From the NCBI RefSeq assembly GCF_006345805.1, contig NC_042998.1, forward strand, positions 155,930,001 to 155,994,000: 64,000 bases of DNA. Direction: 5' to 3'. Position numbers and translations under genes: made by a program. Source of the stretch: Octopus sinensis. Taxonomy: Eukaryota. Every line of letters starts with the position of its first letter. Positions within the stretch are counted from its first letter, which is position 1. The notes beneath the pieces are model-generated. The model had not been told where the DNA came from and searched no databases. It saw nothing but the letters and a program-made list of their open reading frames with translations. Shown piece by piece: positions 38,072 through 52,093 of this stretch.

Positions 38072-40106
38072 CTTTTGCTTGTTTCCGTCATTGGACTGTG
38101 CCATGCTGAGGCACCACCTTGAAGGGTTTAGTTGAACAAATAGATCTTAATGCTTAATTTTTAAGCCTGGTGCTTATTCTATCAGTCTCTTTAGCTGAAC
38201 CATTAAGTTATGGGGTTGTAAATAAACCAATACTAGTTGCCAAGTGGTAGTGGTGAACAAACACAAAAACATGAAAGTACACACACATACGACGGACTTC
38301 TTTCAGTTTTCATCTACCAAATCCATTCACAAGGATTTAGTCAGTTTGGGGTTATTGTAGAAGACACTTGCCCAATGTGCCACATAGTGGGAGTGAACCT
38401 GGAACCATATGATTGGCAAGAAAATTTCTTACCACACAAGTATCGCCTTGGGCTAACAAATGTCTTGTGAGTAGATTTGATAGGCAGAACTGAAAGAACC
38501 TTTTATGTGTGTGTGTTTACGCCTCCTTGTCCTGAAATTATGTGATGGTTGTAAGCGAGTGTCATTATCATACAAGTCTTCCCTGGAAATATGTCTGGTC
38601 AAGGGAAAATATTACCTTGCTTAGAACAGGTGAGAGTTGGTGAGAGTAAGAGCATTTGGACATAGAAAATGTACCGCATTAAATTCTGATTTATGCAAGC
38701 ATGGACATTAAAGCAATGATAATGATACACACAGTCACACACACAAATATCACATCATACAAGGTAAAATCTTGATATACTAAAATTATCTCTGATTCCA
38801 AATGAAATGGAGAAATAATCTCAAACATCTAGAATTCTCTGAAACTGACATGTCATTATGGAAAACTGTACCTGACTGTCTGAAGACAAGAGGGCTGCTG
38901 TGACACGTTTCTGCCTCAATAATTACAAGCACATACATTAAACGAAAATGATGTAAGAGAAATTATCTAGAGTGTCCTGTGGCATATATTTATTCAACAA
39001 AGAAGAATAAGGTTATATTAAATACCCTTGATTCATAAAAAAAACCCCAATTGATTGGTATGTCAATATTGGAATTTTTTATTCTTGTAATTATCTCCCC
39101 TTCTCGTTTGGAGTTAATAATTGTCATTAAATGGTTGGCCTGCCTTTACTGGAAGCGGAGACAGTTTCAATAAATCAAAAACTCATCTTGTATGTTATTT
39201 AATATAGCTTTATTCGTCTTAGTTCAAATACATGTCGCTGGCCCTTGAGTTATTTCTTTACATGTGTGTATGTAAATATATCGTAATATAGTATTAAAAT
39301 ATATATTACACATTATCTGATGTAGTGCACCTGAGCACTGTACACAATGTTTATTATTATTATTATTATTTTATAAAACATTAGGTAAGAGTTGATAGAT
39401 ATGTTATTCTTTTCAAAAGTTGACTTGAGTTTCGCTAGAGGTTGGGATCTTCAAGACTGACATACACACACATATGCACCTATTTACATATACACACGCA
39501 TATTTACATAAACAAACATACATATTTACGTTTGTACGCGTGTATGTGTAATAAAATATACGTAAATATACAGAAATACTACTTTTACGTCTTTGGGATA
39601 ATATTTTACGGTTCGACTCCGAAAATATAATAGAACATAAAAGTCAGTTATTTTAATAACCTAATGAATTACCTTCATAATGATTTATTTATATCATGCT
39701 CACTAGCAATGACGTCAGCAGGGAAGCTCTTAGCGTGGGAACTATGCTGAAACTAGATCGTTGAACTAGTTAATATATCGCCGACTACACTATTCTCTAG
39801 TGTGTGTGTGTGTGTTTTGTTTTCTCTCCATTGTGCAATGAGGGAGTGTCTAGAGTCATTCAACCTACTAGAAATAGCAGTCGAATCTTCTTTAAATTAC
39901 ACCCTACCTTTTTATGGAAGATAAAACATATTGTTTAATGAAGTCTTATGTATAACATAACTGAAAAAGAGATGGGATAGTCTCAGTTAGAACAGCTTCG
40001 GTGATAGGTTTGTATAATAAAGCTAGTCTAAACACCTCCATTATGCATAGAAGCTCTCTTGTAACAGTTATACTGAGTAGCCTAAAAAAACGAATAATTT
40101 TGTCTT

Positions 40107-40115
40107 GATATATAT

Positions 40116-40170
<55 letters not shown>

Positions 40171-40199
40171 ATATATATATTAATATATATTATATATAT

Positions 40200-40259
<60 letters not shown>

Positions 40260-40362
40260 GTGTGTGTGTGTATGAATGTATGTATGTATGTATGTATGTA
40301 TGTATGTATGTATGTATGTATGTATGTATGTATGTATGTATGTAGATAGATAGATAGATAGA
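40107..40362. repeat. Compound (TA)n(TG)n(TATG)n(TAGA)n microsatellite
   Basis: Directly visible; similar tracts at 41821-41900, 43440-43708, 45211-45396, 48418-48541, 50730-51006, 52015-52153 and 59380-59520. Confidence 0.95.
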
Positions 40363-41817
40363 TACATTGGTTTTTAACACTTTGTTGCATATCATAGAAA
40401 TCCTCGAGTTAAAAATATAACAAATTCATGACGGTAATGCATAGTAATGATCATGACGATAATTATGATGGTCGCAATAATATTCAAGTAAACCACACTT
40501 AAGATTATGATGGCATTAATTGCCGAAATAATTAGTAATAATTTTTACAAAGCAATAAAACTCTGAAACATGAAGACTTCAATGTTTTAGAAATGAGGAA
40601 TGGGAAGTTGTAATATACATGTCTCTCCGAGGACATCAATAGCATTATTCCTACTACGTTTTACGTAAGAACTACAATTCTGATATGGCGGTGACATAAT
40701 TTGACTTCTAATCTTTGTCCTAAAATGGCCTTCATTATAGGCTTAACCGAGAAATCTCAAGAGTAAAACGATTTTTTTTATTTACCATAACATCAACAAA
40801 GGCACATTCAAAACATGAAAAAAAGTTGTGTACAGGAAGTGAGATACACACACGTTTATATATATATTATATATCCGTTCAGTACTGTCGTAGAGGTTAA
40901 TGATGCTTTATTTTGGCAGAGTCAGCCTTTTGCTACTCTGAGTTTCACCTGTAGACATACAGGTTCTTTATATCGCACTAGTTCAATCAGTTGGTTGCAG
41001 TGTACTGGTACACCGCCCTCAAGGTTTCATTATATCGTCCCTATTACACATTTCAGTCTGGTATTTAATCTATCGTTTTTATTTGTCGAGTCACTAAGTT
41101 ACAAGGCATAGAGGACTACAACATACATAGAACCAGTTTTTACACTACTTACTTGATCGAATTTTATTTATCAAGTGATTAAAAACCTTTTATTTTTAAC
41201 AGTGACGGTGGAGTGTTACACTTTTTAGTGGGTGGGGAAATGATATCTGATATTTCTTAGTTATAACACTTAACGTTTTGATTTTACATTCATCCTTTTG
41301 GGTCGATAAATTAAAATACCAGTAAAGTACTGTGGTGGACTTCTAATACATCCTAGATGTAAATGAAATTAAATGGATGAGGTGGCAAACACCCACCACC
41401 CATACACACAATGGACTATGGTCATACTGGGGCACTGCCGTCGAGGGTTTTAGTCTTATATAGATGATTTTAGTACTCATTTCACTGTACGTGTGCGCGC
41501 GTGCATACAGAGCATCACAATCCAAAATATTTTTAAAGCTTTTAAATCACAGTTTTAAATCCTTTTGCTGTCTAACTTGAAGTAAATGTAAATACATCTT
41601 GTTATTTTCTTTGTACTCAGTAATATTCATAGTTCTTTGATTATCATAAATAAAGATAAATGAGAGACTTTCTCTTCTACAGACTGGTTAAGGAACAGTG
41701 AAATATGTTAGGATAATCTCCTTTATTATTCTGTTTAAAGTTTCGCTGCAAAAGGCTTTGAAACTACATCTTATAGCAGGAATAGTTGTAAGCTGATGAA
41801 GTTCATTATTTGTTGTC

Positions 41818-41903
<86 letters not shown>

Positions 41904-42742
41904 AAACAAAAAATAGTTTATAAAAATTTTAAAGCCTTTCACTGTGATATTTTAAAGAAATGTGAATAATGAAACAGAAAAGTAAAGATGATTGTCCTAA
42001 CCTGTTTGGCAGTTCACTGACAACTTAGTAGGAGAGAAATAGACCTTCACTTCTCTTGAGATGTGACCAAAGACATGTGACAAAAAAAAAATTAATAAAC
42101 TGTAATGTTGTTCTCATTTATATGCCTAAGTTAGCCTTCTGGTGAAACGGTTTATCCATCAAATTTAGATTATGTATTTTTATACTTCTGACATAGTTAT
42201 ATGAATGATGATGTTTGTATCCGAACTGTGGAAACAGCTGTAGAAAAGAGTTAATGTATGACTCGTTCATGAAACTTTTGCTTTCTTATTATTCTTTTAT
42301 TTTTCTTGTTTTAGTCATTGGACTGCAGGTAATGCTGGGGCACTGTCGTGAAAGGTTTAGTTGTAGATATCGATCTCAGGACTTATTTTTAAGCCTGGTA
42401 CTGGTCGATCTCTTTTACCGAACCGCTAAGTTTCGTGGACGTAAACTAACACCAGTTGTCAAGTAGTGAAGGGGTAAACACAGACATACACCCTCTTTCC
42501 ACACACACACACACACATACACATTTACAGGTGCTGCTTTGCATGCGGTCTGCTGCAGTGTCCATAGTTTACTCTGTGAAATGACCTGATCAAGACAAGG
42601 ATTAAGATTAGGGTTCAGGGTTTGGGTTTGTGCACTAAAGCGGATATGGTCAGATAAACCTCATGCTAAAGTCGCACCCCCTACACGCATACATACACAT
42701 ATGTACACACATGACAGGCTTACGCTGAGTTTCCGTCTACAC

Positions 42743-43038
42743 CAGGGGTTCTCAACCATTTTTTATCCATGGACCCCTTTATTCTGGTGAACCTCAATAG
42801 TTTTATAGAAAATTCTTTCAAAATTTCTATTTCGTTTTTCACAGATGTAAAGTGTTAGAGAATGAAACGTAATTGTTTCTTGCAATACACGTCAATGTAT
42901 ACATCAAAATAATTTTTTTCTTTGCAGAGGCCATTAAAATATTATTGCCGATCCCCAGTTTAATATTTTGTTGCATGGACCTGAAAAATCTTATATGGAT
43001 CCTCAGGAGCCATATGTACCCCGGTTGAGAACCACCTG
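42743..43038. mobile_element. hAT-type MITE inserted in a SINE-like repeat
   Basis: CAGGGGTTCTCAACC...GGTTGAGAACCACCTG; imperfect 8-bp TSD gtctacac / (g)tctatac. Confidence 0.75.
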
Positions 43039-43641
43039 TCTATACAATTCACTCACAAGTCTTTAGTCGGCCCGGGGCTTCTTTACAAAACCACCATAGA
43101 GGGACTATTTTGTTCTGATTGTGGAAATTTCTATTTAGAATTAAAAAATAGTGTGCTAACAGATGACAAAACAGACATTGGCTAATTTTGTATTTAACGG
43201 TCTTGTCGACACTGCTGTGTTGACACAGTGTCTCAATCACCGAGATGAGAGGGCTTTTAAACCATCGTAGTGTCAGTGCCCAACTTAATATCCAAATCAT
43301 CTATACGTCTCACTTTTCAGAACTGTTAATCTCATGAATTCTCATTTCTTCTCCTTTTGCTGAGGCGAGCAATTTTGGTTCAATTTAGTTTCATTGTACT
43401 GAAAAAGAGGCCAGATTGGTATATATGAATGACATTTTTTTCTCTCTCTCTCTCTCTGTCTCTCTCTCACTCTCTCTCTCTCTCTCTCTCAACACGTATA
43501 TATATTATATATAATATATATATATATATATTATATATATGTATATGTGTGGTGTGTGTATGTATGTATGTATGTATGTATGTACATATGTATGTATATA
43601 TATATACATATATATATAATATATATATAATATATATATAT

Positions 43642-43707
<66 letters not shown>

Positions 43708-43927
43708 ATGAATTAATAAATAAAACAAAACATATGCATATATACATACATACATATATGTACGTACGTACCTCTACATGTATATATACATGCATATATG
43801 GGTACAGAACACGAAAAAAACGTCGAACACAATGAGAAACGAAAACATAAACACAAAACCAAGGAAATGGACATTTTTCTTAAACGACGAAAAAATAGAG
43901 TATAGGACATACAATACAAGGAAAATT

Positions 43928-44001
43928 CCCCGTCCTCAGTCGCCTTTGTTTCATCTACTCCGCGTTTCGAAAGTAAAGGCGAGACACGACTTTAATGAAA
44001 C
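43928..44001 (-). ncRNA. Putative non-circularly permuted hammerhead ribozyme (family 1, copy B)
   Basis: GUUUCAU-UAAAGU-CGUGUC-UCGCCUUU-ACUUUC-GAAACGCG-GAGUAG-AUGAAAC-AAAGGCGA-CUGAGGA-CGGGG; stems I and III fully paired. Confidence 0.6.
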
Positions 44002-44877
44002 ATTCCTTCCTGCGAAAAGCAAATTAAATAAAATTTGAGATTTTTTTGCGGAGGGGTAAAAATGGTAACAAAAACAGAACAGTAAAGGCAGTACAAATTA
44101 TAAACAGTAAAGGACAGGACAAGGAGAATAACAGTAACACAAACATTGAGAGCTGTTAAGCCAGAACGAAAGAAAAAATATTATGAACGCTTTTGAGGAC
44201 GGAAAGAGAGAGAAAGGAAAGCCATCTACACTTGAAGGAAGCCAGGTCAGAAAGACAGTAGCAGAGCTCTCGTCGCGGGTCAACGACGGGAGGGAGGAGA
44301 AGGAACAAGAGAAAGGGAGAGAAAAAAGGGAATGGTTGTAGAGAAAACCAGAAAGAATGAAGAATGAGAGAGAGAGAGAGAGGGAGAAACGGTAAGGTAG
44401 AAGAAAAGGAAACCCGAAAGAATGAAGGCTGAGAAAGGGAGGGGGTACAGAAAGGTTAAGAGTGTGCATCATTATTAATATTAAGAACAATCTTACTTAG
44501 AAATGGATGCGTACGTTCCGTCATATAATAAATTAATAAATAAAATAAAACATATGCATATATACATACATATATGTACGTACCTACCTCTACATGTATA
44601 TATACATGCATATATGGGTACAGGACACACAAAAAAACGTCGAACACAATGAGAAAGGAAAACATAAACACAAAACCAAGGAAATGGACATTTTTCTTAA
44701 ACAACGAAAAAATGGTAACAAAAACAGGACAGTAAAGACAGTTACTGTTATTCTCCTTGCCCTGTCCATTACTGTTTATATTTTATACTGTCTTTACTGT
44801 CCTGTTTTTGTTACCATTTTTACCCCTCCGCAAAAAAATCTCAAATTTTATTTAATTTGCTTTTCGCGGAAAGGAAT

Positions 44878-44951
44878 GTTTCATTAAAGTTGTGTCTCAC
44901 CTTGACCTTCGAAACGCGGAGTAGATGAAACAAAGGCGACTGAAGAAGGGG
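44878..44951 (+). ncRNA. Putative non-circularly permuted hammerhead ribozyme (family 1, copy C)
   Basis: GUUUCAU-UAAAGU-UGUGUC-UCACCUUG-ACCUUC-GAAACGCG-GAGUAG-AUGAAAC-AAAGGCGA-CUGAAGA-AGGGG; two stem I mismatches. Confidence 0.5.
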
Positions 44952-45206
44952 AATTTTCCTTGTATTGTATGTCCTATACTCTATTTTTACGTTGTTTAAG
45001 AAAAATGTCCATTTCCTTGGTTTTGTGTTTATGTTTTCGTTTCTCATTGTGTTCGACGTTTTTTTTTGTGTCCTGTACCCATACATGCATGTATATATAC
45101 ATGTAGAGGTAGGTACGTATATATATGTATGTATATATGCATATATTTTATTTTATTTATCAATTATTATATGACGGAACGCACGCATCCATCCTAAGTA
45201 AGATTG

Positions 45207-45290
<84 letters not shown>

Positions 45291-45328
45291 CATACATACA
45301 TACATACATTCATATATACATATATATA

Positions 45329-45396
<68 letters not shown>

Positions 45397-45400
<4 letters not shown>

Positions 45401-45887
45401 GTGGCCACTCAAAGACTGAATGATATAAAACAAAATAACTTTTACAAACACAAGGTTTTAAAAAATTTTTTTATTATTTTATTAGGATGCAAACATTTTA
45501 AAATCCAGTTTCAGAATTTTCTGAAGCGATATTCTGGCGATGCCCAGTTGAGCAGAGCGACGACGGGTAGAGGCTGATGGATCCTCCAGGACACTCTGCT
45601 GTACAGCTTCCACTGCTGCGTCAGTGTACACAGTGCGCTCAGGACCTCTTCCCAGAAGATCGCCGACTGATCGAGTCCTTTCAAACCGGGCGATTAGGTT
45701 CAAAATCATGTTATCGCTAGGAAATACTTTGACAGTAAAACGTTGCCGGTATCTTCTCTGAGTTTCAATAATTGATCTTTCACTGGAATAGAAAACCCCA
45801 ATGAGTTTTACTCGTTGCTGACATCATGCATAGCAATTTTTATCTCCAAGGGATGTTCTATAACATGCAATGATAATAATAATAATG

Positions 45888-45923
<36 letters not shown>

Positions 45924-45975
45924 GAAAACGTACAAAGTATGACTTTTCAAACCCTACAGTTTTTCAGTGGCCACC

Positions 45976-45978
<3 letters not shown>
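45397..45978 (-). mobile_element. Tc1/mariner internal-deletion derivative in a (TA)n tract
   Basis: TA|CAGAGTGGCCACT...AGTGGCCACCCTG|TA TIRs; N-terminal HTH piece [46 protein letters not shown]. Confidence 0.88.
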
Positions 45979-46025
<47 letters not shown>

Positions 46026-46039
46026 TATATATATTAATA

Positions 46040-46086
<47 letters not shown>

Positions 46087-46157
46087 GTGTGTGTGTGTAT
46101 AATATATATATACATACACACACACACCACACACACACACACATATATATATATATA

Positions 46158-47669
46158 ATAAGAAATTAAAGAAGGATAATGCACACACTTTGCATAGTTT
46201 TAATATAATTTTTGAGATATTTTATATTGTGTTTGTCGTCCGGTTTCGCTTTCGCTAATCATGACATTAAAATTTATTTAAATACGTATTTTTATCATTT
46301 GGAAGGAGACCGTCAACACTAAATGATATAAACAGTAACATTCTATTCACAGCTCCCATTTTGGGATATTATGATAAAAAAAAGTCAACAATCAAATTAT
46401 AACTGACATCTATCGTAAACCAACGGACCCGAAGCAATATCTCCTTTTTAGCTCATGCCACCCAAAACACATCAAAATAGTTATCCCCTTTAATCTGGCA
46501 AAAAGGATCTGCACAATAGTGTCTGATAGAACTACTCGGGATCTTCTTCTTCAAGACTTCAGAACAACATTAACTTAAAGACCCTCACTTATAGACGATG
46601 GAATTAAGCGTGCCAAGAAATTAGACATAAAAACACTAAGGACAACAAAACATAACACCACACCTCTTCTCAAAACACTACTGTATATATCAACTCACAA
46701 CCCTAGAAATAATGAGGCATACAACACTATTGAGCAAAATCTTCCTTTACTAATTAGAGACCCGAAAATGAATAACATCCCGAAAGCACATAAATTCATC
46801 GAATACAAAAAGCAACACAAATCGCAAAAGAGACTTCTAACAAATGCGAAGCTCTACACAACAACTACAAAACCAACGGTTTAAAAATGAGGACGCCCAA
46901 ACTGTGGAACCTACTGAAGCCAACTTGAAGGCTCAGATTTCCTTTTCAAACAAGGAGAGAAGTTCACAATTAAACCAACTTCACTTGTGCCTCTGAGAAT
47001 CTAATTTATGTAATAACCTGCTCGAGTTGTGGACATCACTATACAGAACAGACGAGTATGACATTGAGACGGAGAACCACTCTACATAAAGAGCAGATCC
47101 GGTTCCTGTAGTACAGACAGATTCCTTTAAGTGAACACATAGAGAGATGTGCAGGTAACATCAAACCAAATTTCACAGTTTTCCCCTTCTATCAGTGCAA
47201 AAATACAATTTCTATAACTGAACGTTTAAACAAAGAAAATTTATTCATCGAAAAGTACAGATCACGTCCAAATATGCACGCATAACCATCTTCTATCTCT
47301 GTACATAATTTAATTCACGATTACATATCCATCACTGTACATATTTCTCCCCACTACTCAAGTTTTTGAATTTTTGTATATATATATTCCCCACTACCAC
47401 CACCGAAAGATGAACAGTTATCTCCCCTGCCCACAATATTAACGATAATCAATTACCTCCCCTTAGATTTTTCTACTTCTCAAATCATTCATTCATAAAC
47501 TCTGCACACAACATGGACAAAAACATTTATATTAAGAAAATACGTATTTAAATAAATCTTAATGTCATGATTAGCGAAAGTGAAACCGGTCGACAAACAC
47601 GATATAAGATATATTAAATTATATTAAAACTATGTAAAGTGTGTGCATTTTCTTTCTTTAATTTCTTAT
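46158..47669 (+). mobile_element. 5'-truncated Penelope-like element with inverted pLTR (RT thumb, Cys-rich linker, GIY-YIG endonuclease)
   Basis: TDIYRKPTDPKQYL..CHPKHIK..IPFNLAKRICTIVSD; FTCASENLIYVITCSSCGHHYTEQT..LHKEQIR; 46158-46292 is the inverted copy of 47537-47669, the typical PLE inverted-pLTR layout. Confidence 0.9.
47563..47595 (+). ncRNA. Minimal type I hammerhead ribozyme with A3-U8 core variant
   Basis: UGUC-AUGAUUA-GC-GAAA-GU-GAAAC-CG-GUC-GACA; inverted copy at 46234-46266 (stem II GC/GC, triplet mutated to GAC). Confidence 0.7.
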
Positions 47670-47734
47670 ACATATTACAGCTCACCACGTGGGGATAATC
47701 AAAATTCCTCCCTTTCTATTACTATATATATATA

Positions 47735-49355
<1,621 letters not shown>

Positions 49356-49724
49356 CAGACAGAGAGAAAAAGAGCTATGGGTTACTTTGTTGTAAAGTAG
49401 AACATACACACACGTGCATATAAATACACACGTGACACACATTGCAATCGTGTTTGGTGTAGTTATTATTATCGTTTGCCAAATCAAAATCATTATTGAA
49501 TCAAATAGACTCAGATAATTATTTTTATTTAGTGTGATTTGTTTCACTTGGTCTAACGTGACAATGATCAATTTTGTGAATGTATTTAGCTCAATAATGA
49601 TTTCGGTTAATATGAAACTATAGTAACCACCCTAACCATGGTTGTATGATATAAAGAAAATATCTAACGCTTCAACGGATATTGAATTCACTTTTCAACT
49701 GTTGAAATGTTATGTAATATAATA

Positions 49725-49759
<35 letters not shown>

Positions 49760-49905
49760 TATTTAATTACGTCATCTTACAGATTACGTTCGAACTGCAG
49801 GTGAAATCAAGACAGAAATTTATTTGACCCAGATTACATAATCTGACCATAATCTTCACTGAAACACGTGTAAGATAATTAATTAAATAATTTATAAACC
49901 AATTC

Positions 49906-50690
49906 GGATCTTTTCCTTTTGAACGGCAGTTTTCAACACAATTTCTAGTTAACTAAACACTTTTAAACTTCGTATACGGGTAGAATGTGTCAAAATAAAA
50001 CATTTTTTTCTCTTGGCTTTTTTGAGAAAATTGTAATTTGTAAGTTTAACGTAGTTTAATTTTTCGAATTTTAACCAATCCTATCGCCTCTATTGAGCTA
50101 AAATCATTTGCTGCGTCTAAAACTGAGACAACATCCTGTCACTAACCCTAACTCCAACCCTAACCCTAACCCTAACTTTTAGCCTTTCGTTTTTTTCCTT
50201 AATTGTTAATTTAATTTAATTGTTACGCGTGTGTCGAAAATTTTTCGTTTTGTTTTTGTTTTGAGTTTTTGCTTTCATTTTAGCCTTTCGTTTTTTTTTT
50301 CTTAATTGTTAAATTAAAATTATTTTCCATTACTTTCGTTTTAGCCTTTCGTTTTTTTTCTTAATTGTTATCCTTAAATTAATTTAACAATTAAGAAAAA
50401 AAAAAACGAAAGGCTAAAATTTAGGGTTAGGGTGAGGGTTAGGGTTAGAGTTAGTGACAGGATGTTGTCTCAGTTTTAGACGCAGCAAATGATTTTAGCT
50501 CAATAGAGGCGATAGGATTGGTTACAATTCGAAAAATTAAACTACGTTAAACTTACAAATTACAATTTTCTCAAGAAAGTCAAGAGAAAAAAATGTTTTA
50601 TTATGACACATTCTACCAGTATACGAAGTTTTAAAGTGTTTAGTTAACTAGAAATTGTGTTGAAGACTGCCGTTCAAAAGGAAAAGATCC
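49906..50690. mobile_element. Fold-back non-autonomous DNA transposon related to 6132-6920
   Basis: GGATCTTTTCCTTTTGAACGGCAG...CTGCCGTTCAAAAGGAAAAGATCC; 8-bp TSD ACCAATTC (49898-49905 and 50691-50698); (TAACCC)n and (TTAGGG)n in the arms. Confidence 0.9.
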
Positions 50691-50860
50691 ACCAATTCTT
50701 CAGTTTCGATTTTTCTACACATGCTCTGTGCTCTCTCTCTCTCTCTTTCTCTCTCGCTGTATATAAAATACATACATATATGCATACATACATACATACA
50801 TACATACACCCATCCATACGTACGTATGTATGCATGTATATATATATACGTGTGTGTATG

Positions 50861-50985
<125 letters not shown>

Positions 50986-51605
50986 CATACATACATACTT
51001 ATATATAGTCTTTTCTTTTATATGTTTCAGCCTTGAGGTTGTGGCCATGCTTGTTTCAATTATTAGACTGCAGCCATACTGAAGAATGGTCTTCAGGAAT
51101 TTTAGTTGAACTAATCAACCCAAGTTTTTATTTTCTTTAAACCTGGTACTTATTCTATCAGTCTCTTAGGTTGAAACGCTAAGTTATGGGGACGTAAATA
51201 CATAAGTACTGGTTGTCAAGCGGTGGTAGAGGACACACACACACACCAGGCTTCTTTTAGTTTCCATCTACCAAATACACCCATAAGACTTTGGTTAGCC
51301 CAAGAAAGAAAATGAAACTTAATTTAAAATTATGATTAAATCTTATATATTCTTTATTGAGAAAATAACCAATGTGTTGTAAAAGGAAAAAGTTGTTCTC
51401 TTGTGATATACACAACAGTTACTATCATATTTACGTTTTAATCTGCCAGAAAGTATTAAGGCTAAATATGTTTATCATTGTTTCAGATCTCGCTGTACAC
51501 TATGTAAATATTGGTTGGCAGACATAAATATTGATCAGCAAATAGTTTATTTACTGAAATTATAATCAAAGCCAGTAGCTTGTTTAGGTCCAAAAGGTCT
51601 GGGAC

Positions 51606-51648
51606 TTCTGGCTGACGAAACACACGTCGAAACACTGATGTCCTGGAA
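51606..51648 (+). ncRNA. Type I hammerhead ribozyme motif inside a diverged 315-bp tandem unit
   Basis: UUCUGG-CUGACGA-AAC-ACAC-GUC-GAA-ACA-CUGA-UGU-C-CUGGAA; all three stems form apart from an A10.1/C11.1 mismatch. Confidence 0.65.
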
Positions 51649-52062
51649 TCTCTTGCACCAATGAGCTGAGTATTTTATGAACACATTGTCGTTGTAAAAG
51701 GGAGTTGTTCTGTGATGTACACACTAGCAACTAGCATATTTGCACCCGAATCTGCTGGAAGGTATTAAAAATAAACATGCAAATCATCGATTAACAGTGT
51801 CTGTTTACTTCGAAGTATCGCTGTTAAAACTGACTTCCGAAGGCATGTATTAATATAAACAAATCTATTAAGCTAGGAGGCAGATCGATCGATTGATAAA
51901 TAGATGGATTCGCAGGAACATGACTAGTTTCGGGTTCTGTCAGATATTCACAGACCTTTCCTAGCCTCTCTATCTTCCAAACCCAATATTTCAGCTGAAC
52001 CCTCAAATACCGAGAAAAAGAGAGAGAGAGAGAGAGAGAGAAAAAGAGAGAGAGGAGAGTGG

Positions 52063-52093
<31 letters not shown>

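Larger units (their letters stand above)
43711..45210. mobile_element. Repeat family 1 composite: one full 820-bp unit, start of a tandem unit (44531-44740) and an inverted unit (44741-45210), within (TA)n
   Basis: aattaataaataaaa..catatgcatatatacatac recurs at 43711 and 44531; 44741-45210 is the reverse complement of the same unit. Confidence 0.85.

Noticed and set aside
49765-49880. Possible hammerhead (atcttac...gaaacacgtgtaagat)
   Set aside because: No recognisable CUGANGA core or NUH triplet; at most a decayed remnant.
50140-50450. Telomeric repeats in both orientations as a chromosome fusion site
   Set aside because: Only a few units, lying symmetrically inside a TSD-flanked fold-back transposon.
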